Shown: positions 35,315 to 49,678 of the stretch, one piece after another
Layout of the letters: every line of letters begins with the position of its first letter
Numbering within the stretch: the stretch's first letter is position 1
Assembly: GCA_964016885.1 (NCBI GenBank)
Contig: OZ024756.1
Span: 25,978,001 to 26,042,000 of the forward strand
Length of the DNA stretch: 64,000 bases
Source of the DNA: Eledone cirrhosa
Taxonomy: Eukaryota
Reading direction: 5' to 3'
Made by a program: the position numbers and the translations under genes
The notes under the pieces: generated by a model
Database searches by the model: none
The model's input: the letters and a program-made list of their open reading frames with translations, nothing else
What the model was told of the DNA's origin: nothing

Positions 35315-38159
35315 GTCAGCTTCTTTATTAACTGTATTAAATACATTAAACTATTTACCATTTAACTGTCACTACAATAAACCACTCTATTGCATTGTCT
35401 AGACAGACCGTGTGATATCTTCGTTCCTGCTAGAACTATGTAAAAATATCACTCACAGGAAGACTCAATGCCGGCTTCTTTAACACCCGTATATTATTAT
35501 AATTGCACGTGTTCGATTTGTTCTTCGCATTTTTTTTGGTTTTACAAATAAACACAATTTATATATCCAGTTGACCTAAGAAATATTGGAAAAATTTGAA
35601 ATGTAGTCGTCTCAACACATATAACAACAATCGATTACTAAAAATAAATAAAATTACAAATGCGTAAATAACATTATAAATTGCGCGCAATTCATTCAGA
35701 ACATTACAAATATAATGACGTTGATAAACAAAAATATAAATGCATAAAAGAGAGGATTAGAGAAGAAATTTCAAACCTGGAAGCATGGCCTTAGAATCAA
35801 AAGGTTTTAAAGTTAATTTGTCAAAGACTGGTATGTAGAAAGGAAAACGGTCCAGATTCCCTCAGAGAAATGGCCATGCTCGGTGTGCAGAAAAGGAGTA
35901 GCTAGAAATTGCATCCTATGATCCAAATGCAAGCTATGGGTACAAAAAAGATGTGGGATCTTAGGCAGGAGATCACAGAACTTACGTTTTATATGTGGCT
36001 GATGCACAGATGCTGTAAGTAGGAAGAGCCCACAAGATGCTAGCTCCTTCAAATGCCCAGAGGTCTCTGCAGAAATAGTCGACAGTTTCTGTTAGTTGGG
36101 AGACCACATTATCAGTGGAGGAGGGTGTTCCGAAAGTATAGTAGCCAGAGTGAAAATGGGATGGAGAAAGTTCAGGGAGCTACTACCACTGCTAACTACA
36201 AAAGGGCTTTTCCTCAAAATGAAGGGCAGATTGTATGATGCATGTATACGAACAGCAATGCAGAGGACCTGCATAATCAAAAACTGGATGATGAGAGCTG
36301 GACCAAATACTGCAAGCCATTCTATCTGATGTTCTAATGACTCTGCCAATTCTGCTGCCGTAACCATAGATTTCTGCTTCAGAAACGTCTTGTTCAATTC
36401 ATGCTGGCATGGAAAAACAGACATAATAATGATGTAGGGAAAATATATATCATCATTATCACTGTTAAATGTCTATTTTCCATGCTTGCATGGGTTAGAC
36501 TTGTCATGTTATGAGGACAGCCAGGTCAGATGACCATGTCTTGTTCATATAGCTCTGTTTTTGGCTTGTATTTTTTTTACAGCATTTAATCTGATATTGT
36601 ATTAGCCATGGTTAATATGTCATTTCACCTTTACCATAGAGATATAAATTTGATATCGTATTAGCCATGAATAATAATGATATTTTCCCCTTTTTGCTTT
36701 CACTTTTATCAACATAGCAACCAACACAAACAGTAGAGGAACCTCTGGATTTAATTCGCCTTAGTTTGGACGAACGGATTTACGTAAAGATGAGAAATGA
36801 CCGAGAACTTCGTGGTCGGTTACATGTGAGTTTTGTTTAATCAACCTAGTTATGTTGTAAAGGTACAGGTATAGCTGTGGGGTATATTGTGAAGGTACTG
36901 GGTACCAGTATGACGGGTATATTGTGAAGATACTGGGCACAGGTATAACTATGGGGTATATTCTAAAGATATTGGGTACTTGCCTGTGTGTTTTCTACTC
37001 GGGTCTTGTATGTAAAATTTGGTAGACAAACTTCAGAAGCCCATTGTATATATGTGTTGGTGTGTCCAAGTATGTGTTTATGTTTGTATCTTGTAATCTA
37101 GTGCTTCAACAAAAAGAAGTCAATAAAATGGGCACCAGACATGAAAAAAGTACTAAGGGTCAATATAGTCAAGTAAATCCCTTTAACTCCTCTGATACTA
37201 ACTGAAACTGCCTTTGGTTTTATAAAACTAAAACCACCCATTTTAAAGGATTTCTGCTTAAATTAAAACTTTACAACAATTTTATATAATAACCTTTTGT
37301 TATGTTACAAATTGTAGTGCACCTGAGCACTTTACACAATAATTTCATTATTATTATAATGAAGTAATTAATAATTTTAGTAAATACCTCAAATTCTTTG
37401 CTAATTAATTGAAATAGATTGCATGACATTAGAAATATTGTAACAAAAAGACTGTGGTGCTCCAGTATGGCCACAGTCTAATGACTGAAACCAGTAAAAG
37501 AAATAACAATGTATCCGTTGTTGTTGCAGGCATATGACCAACATTTAAATATGATTCTTGGAGATGTTGAAGAAACAGTAACCACAGTTGAGATTGATGA
37601 AGAAACATATGAAGAAATCTACAAAGTATGTCTCACTCCCTCTCTCTCCTTTTTTCTTTCTTCTCTGTCTTCCTTCACGTAACCCTTTTCATATAAAACC
37701 ACCTGAAACTGTCCCTAGTTTTGTGAAACATTAGTTTGTTTAAAAGTATTTATAATTATCTAAAATTCTTCCCTCATAATTGTAATTGACTCCCCTCCAT
37801 TAACCACCACCAGCAGCACTACAGATTGTCATCTTGTACCTAAATAAGAAATCCCAAATATTATCATTAAGGCTGTGGTTTTTGCAGAAACGTGACCTTA
37901 TGTCTAAATCAGAAACTATTCGCCGAGGTTACTTTGCCTGTCATCCTTACGGGGGTCGATAAAATAAAGTACCAGTCATGCACTGGGGTCAATTTCAACT
38001 TTCCCCTTTCCTTTAAATTGTTCTCCTTGTGCCAAATGTAGAAACAATTATTATTATTATTATATTTTGTTTCAGTCTACAAAAAGAAACATTGCCATGC
38101 TGTTTGTACGAGGAGATGGAGTTATCCTCGTATCACCTCCCATGCGAACAGGTACCTGA
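35294..38159 (+). CDS. LSM3: LSM3, U6 snRNA-associated Sm-like protein, 4 exons, 102 aa
   Basis: Exons 35294-35314, 36718-36825, 37530-37625, 38076-38159 give [102 protein letters not shown]. Confidence 0.97.
35740..36270 (+). mobile_element. RTE-type LINE RT C-terminal fragment in LSM3 intron 1
   Basis: [56 protein letters not shown]. Confidence 0.8.
36718..36825 (+). CDS. LSM3: LSM3 exon 2
   Basis: [36 protein letters not shown]. Confidence 0.97.
37530..37625 (+). CDS. LSM3: LSM3 exon 3
   Basis: [32 protein letters not shown]. Confidence 0.97.
38076..38159 (+). CDS. LSM3: LSM3 exon 4
   Basis: [30 protein letters not shown]. Confidence 0.97.
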   Translation, partial: STKRNIAMLFVRGDGVILVSPPMRTGT

Positions 38160-39107
38160 ACTACGTTTCACCTTGAAACATTTAAACATAGCAAAACAAA
38201 AAAAAAAGGGGAAAAAAAAAACACAACCCAGAATAAGTGTACATCATTTCAACAAAATTTTTTTTTTTTTTTTCAATTTTTATTATTTTATTTTTGCATT
38301 TCCTCCTTTTGTGGATTCTTTATTTTTTTTAAAAATATTTTTCTTTAATTCTTAATGACCTGTACTATATTAAACCGCATTAGCAGGACATTCTGGAAAA
38401 GTACAAAACAGTACTATGGCTAGCTACATCACATTTAAACTTCAAATTCTTACTCTAATACAACTGTTCACAATAATCTGTCCACTAATAAAGATACTAT
38501 AAACATTTGAATTAACAAACCACATTAGCAAGACATTCTTCACCAGTACAATACAGTACTATAACTGCATCACATGCAAAAATTAAAACCTTTGCTCTAA
38601 TACTGCTAGTTTTTACACAATCTGTCCACCAATGAAAATGCTACAAACATTTGAATTAACAAGCCCATATTTAGGTATTTTCTGCTACATCATTAGAGGA
38701 TGTTAAGAGTTAAAGAAACTGTATAGATTGAACTCTGGATAAAATTGTGTTAATTCTTTAAGACTGCTTCAGGAAATTCCTTGAAGCGCCACCAATAATG
38801 TTAAAGGTATGGCAGCATCAACAAAGATCAAAGAAACACAATCAAATAAAAAATATTCATTTGTTTTATTTGTTTTGTTTTGTTTTTTACAAATAAAAAA
38901 AAATATTGTGTACTTTCACTCTGGTTTCAGTCATTGGATTGCGGTCATACTGGGGCACCACCTTGGGGAATTTAGTCGATCATATCGACCCTACTATTTT
39001 TCTACTGGTTTCAGTCATTGGATTGTAATCATGCTCGGGCACCACCTTGAAGAGGGGAATTTAGTTGATTTTATTGACCTCAGTACTTCATCATTATCAA
39101 TACCATT

Positions 39108-39323
39108 AAACCCTTTAACATTTACATTACCCTATATATACAATTGTATTTTCGTGGTAAAAGCTTTATCTCACATAATATCAATATCTATGAGATTTTG
39201 ATATTATTTGTTTTGAGGACAATACCTTAACATCAGTATGAGTAGCCAGTTATGACTGGTTTGAACAGAAAGAGGTGAGAGAATTCTGGTCAGATACAGT
39301 CGGTTTAAATGCTAAAGAGTTAA
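39108..39323 (-). mobile_element. piggyBac-type MITE copy
   Basis: Reverse-orientation copy of the 19349-19544 family. Confidence 0.7.
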
Positions 39324-39886
39324 CATGGGTTAGAAAAGCTGTTGCCAACTGTGGCTAGACTGGTCAAGTGACCATGTCTTGCTCGTACGCTCAGTTTTGG
39401 CTTGGTATTTATGGTTGGGTAACTTCCTAATATCATCCAATTTACTGTGTGTGCTGGGAGCATTCTATTGAGACTAGCACTACCACCTTACAGAGTGGAT
39501 TAAGTGCTTTTTTGTTGATGCACCATGTACTGGGTGCTTTTTTCATGATTCCAGCATATAGCTAAAACTTTCTTCAAAGAAGAGTGACATGGTGGACTTC
39601 AATATTTATTTTCCTTGCTAGTGTAGTGGGTTAGCAGAATTGTTTGAGCATTGGATAAAATGTCTGTGGCATTTGTTCCAGCTCTCTATATTCTGAGTTC
39701 AAATCCCTCTGTGGTCAACTTTACCTTTTGTCCTTTTGAGGTCGTTAAGATAAAGTACCAGTCTGGTACTTTATTTTATTAGCTGAAGATTTTCCCAGCC
39801 ATTGTAGACTGTTAAGCTACAGGCTGCAGAGCTCAAAATTTATTATCAGAGAGAGAAGAACCAAGTTATACTTAAAACATATTTTA

Positions 39887-39971
39887 TCCTACATATGTTT
39901 CAATGTAGAGTGGTGGGTCACACCATGATCCATACGAGGTATCTGTCCATCGCTCTACATATCTTCAGGAG
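39887..39971 (-). ncRNA. Hammerhead ribozyme motif with long stem II
   Basis: CTGAAGA-T-ATGTAGAG..CTCTACAT-T-GAAA-CATATG-T-A; palindromic ACATATGT; stem I weak. Confidence 0.6.
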
Positions 39972-40628
39972 TTTAGATATTGTTTGATGTTTCAACTGTA
40001 TTACATACAAGAGATAACTCCATATAATGGATGAGGTTCATACTATATCAATTAATACATTGCAAATTACAGGCACAATTAAAAACAACAGCAAAGCAGA
40101 AGCGGTGTTAAAAACTATATCAAAATGTAGTACTTCTGTACATCCATATATTAAGACATCATCATCATCATCATAAAAATTAGAAGAAATATTAAATGAG
40201 AATGTGTTTATTGACCAGAAAAAAGAGGACAGTTGGTCAATTATATGTTAGGCATATAGAAATATAAAAGATAGAAAATAGAAAAGAAAGTTTATAATTT
40301 CATAAGAATCATCGTTTAACATCTATCTTCCACGCTAGCATGGGTTAGACGGGTTTGAGTTGGGTGACTTGCTCGTATAGGACTTTCTGGCTGGATGCTC
40401 TTCCAAATGCCAACCACATCTACAGTGTGTGCTGGGTGCTTTTTGTCGTGTCTCCTACACAACCACTTTACAGTGTGGGCTGGATGTTTTGTGGTACCAA
40501 CATAACTTTACAGAGTAAGGGGTGTGTGGGGGTATATATTAGATTAAGAGGTGCCTTCTGAGAAAGGGAAGGCAGGTCTGAAGATCTCAATCCTCTGTCA
40601 CTGTCTTAGAGAGGCCTTTATTAATTGA

Positions 40629-40679
40629 GCCATAATAAATATTTCAATGACGATAGATATCGTGATTTCTTCAGACAGC
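40629..40679 (-). ncRNA. Hammerhead ribozyme motif
   Basis: gctgt-CTGAAGA-AATCACGAT atct ATCGTCATT-GAAA-TATTTA-T-T-atggc. Confidence 0.65.
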
Positions 40680-41479
40680 AAAAATTGTTTAAAAGGTAAC
40701 ATTTCTGAGGCAATTTTGGGTGGAAGGGAGTGGACTAAAAAAAAATGTATGTTTTAGCTTTGATTGCCCACTCCCTTCTTATTGTAAATACACATATATA
40801 TATATATATACACATGCACATACATACACACACACATACATGTATATTGATTTACATGTGCGATTCTGAGATATAAAACAACAATAAGCGAAATTATAAT
40901 GAAACCAAAAACAACAAAACAAATGGTAACGTGAATGAAGAGAGTAATTGTAATTAAGGACAGATTAATTTCATTTCCAACAGGTTGGCTTATCTTACCT
41001 GCGATTTACTAGAAATCTGATTCAATTACACACATATATATAAGTACATACTATAGTATATATATATATATATATATGTACATATATTGTGTGTATGTGT
41101 ATATATATACACACACACTTATATATATTGATTAATTAAGCATTGATTGGTTTAGTGTGCCGTTTGTGTATGTTTTAAGCTGTATTTATGCTTACTAAAT
41201 GGAGTAAAATCTGGCATTTTATTATCAGCTACCTTTCACTCTCTTTTTATCTCTCTATATCTCACTCTCTTGAAGCAACAAACAACCATTGGTGCTATTG
41301 TTGTTTGAACTGAAGGTCAGTTCTGATCTAGCTGACCTATCAATAAATCTGGCTAGAAATTGGGAGAGCAGTATTTTTTCATTTCTGAGTTCAAATCCCA
41401 CCAAAGTCAACTTTGACTTTTTGTTTCTTTGTTTTCCCTTTCAGAGTTGAGAAAATAGAAACACCATTCCAGGGTGGAA

Positions 41480-41689
41480 TTAACCCTTTAACATTTACAT
41501 TACTCTATATATACTATTGTATTTTCACAGTAAAGACTTTATCTCACTTAATTATCCCACATAATATCGAATCTATGAGATTTTGATATTATTTATTTTG
41601 AGAACAATACCTTAACATCGGTATGAGTGGCCAGTTACAACCGGTTTGAACAGAGAGAATTATGGCCGCTTTAAATGCTAACGGGTTGA
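41480..41689 (-). mobile_element. piggyBac-type MITE copy
   Basis: Reverse-orientation copy of the 19349-19544 family with TTAA-CCC end. Confidence 0.7.
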
Positions 41690-42149
41690 GTGCTGAACCA
41701 GACACCTTGCTTTAGATCTTCTATTTGTCCCTTTGCTCTCTCTCTCTCTCTTTCTCTCCCTCTCCTCTTTTCTTTCATCTCTGATCTCTTTTTCATTTCC
41801 CTCATTTCTCATTCTCTCTCTCCACTTTATTTCTTTGTGGTTTGGGGTCAAATTTGTCTTTCATTCTTTCAATGCAAGGGTCACAAAAAGAGAAACACTG
41901 GTCCCGAGTGAGGAATTGGTGAAATTATTAGAGCCTCAGATGGGATGTTTTGTTGCATGTCTTCTCACTCCCTGTACTTCTCTGAGTTCAAATTCCACTG
42001 AGGTCAGCTTAGCCTCTCATTCTTTTATGGAGCCAATAATATTATTGTAGAGGTTCACTGGAGGCCAAGCTTGATAGCATTTACAGCCACATGTAAAGGG
42101 TTATTTTGAATATCACATAGAAGTAGCATCTGACCAAACAAACACAGTA

Positions 42150-44760
42150 CAGCAATCTTGAAGTAACATTTGGATCTATGGAAGTCTTGAAGTAACATTT
42201 GAATGTATGGTAGTCTTAAAGTAACATTTAAGTGTATGGCAGACTTGAAGTAATATTTAAGTGTATGGCAGTCTTGAAGTAACATTTAAATGTATGGCAG
42301 TCTTGAAGTAACATTTAAATATATGGTAGTCTGGAAGTAACATTTAAATGTATGGTAGTCTTGAAGTAACATTTAAATATATGGCAGTCAGGAAGTAACA
42401 TTTAAATATATGGCAGTCTGGAAGTAACATTTAAATATATGGCAGTCTTAAAGTAACATTTAAATGTATGGCAGTCTTGAAGTAACATTTAAATGTATGG
42501 TAGTCTTGAAGTAACATTTAAATGTATGGCAGTCTGGAAGTAACATTTAAATGTATGGCAGTCTGGAAGTAACATTTAAATGTATGGCAGTCTTGAAGTA
42601 ACATTTAAATGTATGGCAGTCTTGAAGTAACATTTAAGTATATGGCAGTCTTGAAGTAACATTTAAATGTATGGCAGTCTTGAAGTAACATTTAAATATA
42701 TGGCAGTCTGGAAGTAACATTTAAATATATGGCAGTCTTGAAGTAACATTTAAATATATGGCAGTCTGGAAGTAACATTTTAATATATGGCAGTCTGGAA
42801 GTAACATTTAAATATATGGCAGTCTGGAAGTAACATTTAAATGTATGGCAGTCTTGAAGTAACATTTAAATGTATGGCAGTCAGGAAGTAACATTTAAAT
42901 ATATGGCAGTCTGGAAGTAACATTTAAATATATGGCAGTCTGGAAGTAACATTTAAATGTATGGCAGTCTTGAAGTAACATTTAAATGTATGGCAGTCAG
43001 GAAGTAACATTTAAATATAGGGCAGTCTTGAAGTAACATTTAAATGTATGGTAGTCTTGAAGTAACATTTAAATGTATGGCAGTCTTGAAGTAACATTTA
43101 AATATATGGCAGTCTGGAAGTAACATTTAAATATATGGCAGTCTGGAAGTAACATTTAAATGTATGGCAGTCTTGAAGTAACATTTAAATGTATGGCAGT
43201 CTTGAAGTAACATTTAAATGTATGGCAGTCTGGAAGTAACATTTAAATATATGGCAGTCTTGAAGTAACATTTAAATATATGGCAGTCTTGAAGTAACAT
43301 TTAAATGTATGGCAGTCTTGAAGTAACATTTTAATATATGGCAGTCTTGAAGTAACATTTAAATGTATGGCAGTCTTGAAGTAACATTTAAATGTATGGC
43401 AGTCTTGAAGTAACATTTAAGTATATGGCAGTCTTGAAGTAACATTTAAATGTATGGCAGTCAGGAAGTAACATTTAAATGTATGGCAGTCTTGAAGTAA
43501 CATTTAAATATATGGCAGCCTTGAAGTAACATTTAAATGTATGGCAGTCTGGAAGTAACATTTAAATATATGGCAGTCTTGAAGTAACATTTAAATGTAT
43601 GGCAGTCTTGAAGTAACATTTAAATATATGGCAGTCTGGAAGTAACATTTAAATGTATGGCAGTCAGGAAGTAACATTTAAATATAGGGCAGTCTTGAAG
43701 TAACATTTAAATATATGGCAGTCTGGAAGTAACATTTAAATGTATGGCAGTCTTGAAGTAACATTTAAATGTATGGCAGTCTTGAAGTAACATTTAAATG
43801 TATGGCAGTCAGGAAGTAACATTTAAATGTATGGCAGTCTGGAAGTAACATTTAAATGTATGGCAGTCTGGAAGTAACATTTAAATGTATGGCAGTCTTG
43901 AAGTAACATTTAAATATATGGCAGTCTGGAAGTAACATTTAAATATATGGCAGTCTTGAAGTAACATTTAAATATATGGCAGTCTGGAAGTAACATTTTA
44001 ATATATGGCAGTCTGGAAGTAACATTTAAATATATGGCAGTCTGGAAGTAACATTTAAATGTATGGCAGTCTTGAAGTAACATTTAAATGTATGGCAGTC
44101 AGGAAGTAACATTTAAATATATGGCAGTCTGGAAGTAACATTTAAATATATGGCAGTCTGGAAGTAACATTTAAATGTATGGCAGTCTTGAAGTAACATT
44201 TAAATGTATGGCAGTCTTGAAGTAACATTTAAATGTATGGCAGTCAGGAAGTAACATTTAAATATAGGGCAGTCTTGAAGTAACATTTAAATGTATGGTA
44301 GTCTTGAAGTAACATTTAAATGTATGGCAGTCTTGAAGTAACATTTAAATGTATGGCAGTCTGGAAGTAACATTTAAATATATGGCAGTCTTGAAGTAAC
44401 ATTTAAATGTATGGCAGTCTTGAAGTAACATTTTAATATATGGCAGTCTTGAAGTAACATTTAAATGTATGGCAGTCAGGAAGTAACATTTAAATATATG
44501 GCAGTCTGGAAGTAACATTTAAATATATGGCAGTCAGGAAGTAACATTTAAATATATGGCAGTCTTGAAGTAACATTTAAATGTATGGCAGTCTTGAAGT
44601 AACATTTAAATGTATGGCAGTCTTGAAGTAACATTTAAATATATGGCAGTCTGGAAGTAACATTTGAATGTATGGCAGTCTTGAAGTAACATTTGAATGT
44701 ATGGCAGTCAGGAAGTACCTTTTGACTGTATGACAGTCAGGAAGTACCCTTTGACTGTAT
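42150..44760. repeat. 29-bp minisatellite, roughly 90 copies
   Basis: Unit GGCAGTCTTGAAGTAACATTTAAATGTAT with few variant positions; degenerate edges. Confidence 0.97.
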
Positions 44761-45049
44761 GGTCGTCAGGAACCTTTTGGTTAGTTACTGATGTGATTAG
44801 AGTGGACAAGATAGTAATTAATGTGATCTCATGTCTGTTCAATTTAGACTCCTCCATTACAACAGCTTGGATCATTGCATCTTCTGCAGTAAAGTTAGTA
44901 GCTATCATCATCACCGACATCATTGCCCAACCAATTAACCATCCAACCATAATCTATCCCACCACCACTACCACCATATTACATCTTAAACAGAACTGTT
45001 CATTACAGTAATAACTGTTCAATTGTGCATTTAATGATTCTTAAGATCT

Positions 45050-45300
45050 ATTGTTGTTGAGCCTTTGTTTTAGTTTTTGTTGTTGTTGAGCCTTTGTTTT
45101 ATTGTTTTTGTTGTTTTTGAGCCTTTGTTTTATTGTTTTTGTTGTTGTTGAGCCTCTGTTTTATTGTTTTTGTTGTTGTTGAGCCTTTGTTTTGTTGTTG
45201 TTGTTGAGCCTTTGTTTTATTGTTTTTGTTGTTGAGTCTTTGTTTTGTTGTTGTTGTTGTGTCTTTGTCTTGTAGTTGTTGTCATGCCTTTGTCTTATAT
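45050..45300. repeat. ~31-bp T/G-rich tandem repeat
   Basis: gttgttgagcctttgttttattgtttt units. Confidence 0.85.
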
Positions 45301-46427
45301 TGTTGTTGCAGTTGTGTCATTGTCTTGTTGTTGTGTGTTGTCTTGTAAGTAGATGTTGTAGTTGACGTCAGTTTTGGCTTTGTCTTCCATTGATCTTGTT
45401 ATAGTTATTGTTGCGTTGTTATTGTAATTGTTGTTGTTGGTGGTGATGGTGATGGTAGTGATAGTGATGGTGGGGATGTTTCTTCTGCTGCTTTTGTTGT
45501 TGTCAGTATTGCTGAGGCTATTATTGTTGTCATCAATGTTATTGATGTTGTTGTTGTTACTGTTTGTAACTGATAGGTGAAGATAATGAAAAGCTATTAT
45601 AATTGATACAGTGGGATCATTTTTAGATATTGTGTGTGTGAGGTTATCCTTCTACTGTTGTCATGGTGTTGGCTGTAGCTTTTATTGTTGTTGTCATGGT
45701 GTTGGTGGTTGTTGTAGTTTTGAACAGTATCCAAGCATTTATGATTGTTAACTTTGTATGACAAAGTTTTACACAAAGTTGTCACATTTCTTGTATGAAT
45801 ATATGTATGTCTATATCAGTATATGTATATGTATATACACATATATATATACATACATACACACACACACTCAAGCACACACACACACACACGCACACAT
45901 ATATATATATATGTGGAGAGAGAGACATAGGAGCTACCTGTTTAGACATGAAAGACCATTGATCAGATTAGTACTGGATAGTTAAGAAAGTAGAGTGTAG
46001 GTATTGTAATGAGTTAATGAGCAGCTATCAGGCAGTAACTTTTATATATATACATATATAGATATATATACCATCATCATCATCATCATCACCGTTTTAC
46101 GTCCGTTCTTCCACGCTAGCATGGGTTAGACGGGTTGTCCTGTTGTGGGCAGTGTCCAGTCGGCTGACCTTGTCTTGCTCATATGGGAACTGATTCTGGT
46201 TCTATTTCTGCAGCTGGATGCCCTTCCTAACACCAACCTCATTTACAGTGAGTGCTGGGTGCTTTTTTTTCCGTGGCGCCTACACGTCCACTTTACAGTG
46301 TGGGCTGGGTGCTTTTTTGCCGTGGCACCTCCACGACCACTTTGCAGTGGAATGATAGGGACCCCAGTCCTATCATCTCATTTCTACAGCTGAGTAAACA
46401 GGAGCAATGTGAAATAAAGTGTCTTGC

Positions 46428-46466
<39 letters not shown>

Positions 46467-46596
46467 GTGTGTATGATTGTGTATAGGAGATTATATTAAT
46501 AAAAGGAATTCCAACGTTGTCTGATTTACTCGTTTTATTTACAATCCTTTAAAATTTATTGTTGAAAATTGCAAACTTGACTGTCACCACACAATA

Positions 46597-46635
46597 TGAA
46601 CCTGAAGATTGCGAAAGCATGAAAGTATTTGTTCA
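46597..46635 (+). ncRNA. Minimal hammerhead ribozyme motif inside an inverted repeat
   Basis: tgaac-CTGAAGA-T-TGC GAAA GCA-T-GAAA-GTAT-T-T-gttca. Confidence 0.6.
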
Positions 46636-46793
46636 ATTAACACTTAACATTTAATATTCTACCATACTATTTCATTCTAATACCATTATAAATTTTAAAG
46701 GATTGTAAATAAAACGAGTAAATCAGACCATGTTGGAATTCCTTTTATTAATATAATCTTCTATACACAATCATACACACCCGTGTATATTTA

Positions 46794-46827
<34 letters not shown>

Positions 46828-47716
46828 CTGTAGTAAAAGTTTGGTAGAAACATCCAAGGATAAGAGCACTCGGTCCATAGGATGAGTTAAGTATGATTAG
46901 CTACAACAGTGACATATACAGGTAGTCAAATTACGTTGGGTTATGCACCCCAACTCATTCACCCTATTATATAATTTATTTATATGTCCTGATATTTAGA
47001 GATTAATATCTCTTATTCCAAGGAAAACTACAAATTCCATATATATATATATGTATAGACGGTAGCCACGGAATAGGCAGACCCAGAAAAACCTGGGACG
47101 AGCTGATAAATTCCGACCTCACACACTTACACCTCTCCAAGACAATGTCACTGGACCGAGACCTTTGGCGGTACTCAGTAATAGAGAAGACCCGCCTTAC
47201 CTAAATACATAGTAAAACCTACTACAGTCAGTAGGCATCTCTAACAAAATACACCCCCCGTCCCACCACCCCCACCCCATCCACACCGCCCCCTTCTATG
47301 TAAAGTTATGTTGGTGCCACACCATCCAGGCCGAAACAAATGAGATCGTGTAGGTGTCACAACAAAAAAAACACACAGTCCACGCTGTAATGTGGCTGTG
47401 TAGACAACATGGTAAAAACCTCCCAGACCCACACTGTAAATGTGGTTGGTGTTAGGAAGGGCATCCAGCTGTAGAAAACCCGCCAGACAGTCCTATGCGA
47501 GCAAGACAATCACTCTTGCCTCAAGTGGGAAAACCCCCGTCCAAACCCATGCAAGCGTGGAACACGGACGTTAAACGTTGATGATGATGATGATGATGAT
47601 ATATATAAAACAAGTGTAAACATTTGAATGGAAAGAGTTATAACCAACATGATATCAAGGTCACTTCTTTTAATCAATGCTCAGGTCCTATTATGTAGAA
47701 ACATCTGTATATATTA

Positions 47717-47908
47717 ATAATTGTTTCTACTTTAGGCACAAGGCCAGCAATTACCCAGTGCATTACTGGTACTTTATTTTATCGACCCCATAAGGATGAA
47801 AGGCAAAGTCAACCTCGGCGGGATTTGAACTCAGATCGTAAAGGGACGTAACTATGCTGGAAAGCATGGCGTCCGACCCTCTGCCGATACTGCCAATCCA
47901 CCGCCCTC
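47717..47908 (-). mobile_element. SINE family A, full length
   Basis: tRNA-like head GGCGGTGGATTGGCAG..GAGTTCAAATCCCGCC plus core. Confidence 0.8.
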
Positions 47909-49386
47909 TATATATTTTAATAATGGAAGTTGAACAAGTTTTTCATAAATTTTCTTTTTTCTTTTTAGTTTCTTCATGTTGAAACATGTGTAAAACAAAT
48001 AGAATATCTAAAAATTTCTTCATCTTTCTTTTCTATCCATCATTGTGAATGTGTGTGTGTGAATGTGATCTTAAGATAGTGAGCCAAACATCTTAACCAC
48101 TAAACCAGTATTCTATCATTCCCCTGCAAAGTGTGAGATAAACTCCTGACTTTCAAGAGAGCAAACAAATCGATATTCATTATTTTTGCCATTCTGAGTT
48201 CAAATCCTGCCGAGGTTAACTTTGTCTTTCATCCTTATGGGGTCGATAAAATAAAGTACCAGTAATACACTGAGTAATTGCTGGCCTTGTGCCAAAAGTA
48301 GAAACAATTATCTGGTGGTATTAGTGAGATAAAGTACAGTGGTTTGGAGCTGAGAAAGGGAAATACCAGCATTCCCTGTTGTAGTGTGCAATTAAGTTTC
48401 TCTTCACTCATTTTTTTTCTCTCTATTAATTTTGTTTTTATTTGTAGATTATATTCATCATATAAATTGTATTTATATGTACAAAATGTTTTAATATAAA
48501 CAAAATATGCAATAATTGCCAGTGACTCTTTCCCCTTCTCATCCCCTATATCAGTTGTTTCCAACCTGGAGTCCACAAATGTAGTTCTGTGGGATCAGGT
48601 TCATCAGCTAAGTTCAAAATTTCAAGTATATTGTTATAAACATAAAATATACACACTATTGGGTATCCATTGTACTCTAAGTATAAACATTTCAAGTACA
48701 TTCTTAAAAACTAATTTACATGTCCTGGGAGAGAAATCTCTTTTTTGATGTTTATTCTCACTGTATAACAATCTGGGAGTGGCGAAGGTGGAGTGGGATG
48801 GGCTATTACTGCAGCCAGAGTAGAATGAAATACATTCCTGAAATGCCATGGATTATTTGTATTATTTTCAGACCTGTGGCATTCCAGAAGAGTTCATATT
48901 TATTATGACCACCCTTGCAAGCAGGGAAAAAACGGACGTAAAATGATGATGATGATGATATCGGTAGAGGGTCGGACGCCATGATTTGTAACATAGAGTT
49001 ACGCCCCTTTACGGTCTGAGTTCAAATCCCACTGAGGTTAACTTTGCCTTTCATCCTTATGGGGGGTCAATAAAATAAAGTACTAGTAATACACTGGGAT
49101 AATTGCTGGGTTTGTGCCAACAGTAGAAACAATTATTTGATTATCTAGAGGGCGGTGGATTTGGAGAATTGGTAAAGCGTTGGACACTATGCTTTGTAGC
49201 ATAGAGTTGCCGCCCTTTACGGTCTGAGTTCAAATCCCGCCTAGGTTAGCTTTACCTTTCATCCTTACGGGGTTGATTAATAAAACACCAGTAATGCACT
49301 GGAGTCGATTTAATTTACTTTCCCCTCCCCCTCAAAATGTTGCCCTTGTGCCTAAATTAGAAACAATTATTCGATTATCTATCTGT

Positions 49387-49463
<77 letters not shown>

Positions 49464-49617
49464 ATATATATATATATATGTGTATAAGAGATATTTAATT
49501 TGTTGGAAATCCAACAAATATAGATGTTTACAACTGATTCAAAGCACTCAACAGATTTCTGGAGTAAGTATTCAATTGATATTAAATAAATGGAAACTAT
49601 ATTTATAAAACCATATT

Positions 49618-49678
49618 TATTCTATTATATATATTTCAAGGGTACCAAAATTTTGGTACGCTATCATCAGATAAAATA
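49618..49678 (-). ncRNA. Hammerhead ribozyme motif
   Basis: tattttat-CTGATGA-TAGCGTACCA..TGGTACCCTT-GAAA-TATATA-T-A-atagaata. Confidence 0.65.

Noticed and set aside
38029-38355. 108-aa ORF over LSM3 exon 4
   Set aside because: Different frame from the conserved LSM3 exon; it begins in a SINE tail and runs into the A/T-rich 3' UTR
42150-44760. CRISPR-like regular repeat array
   Set aside because: Units are directly adjacent with no unique spacers, there are no cas genes, and the context is eukaryotic; it is a minisatellite
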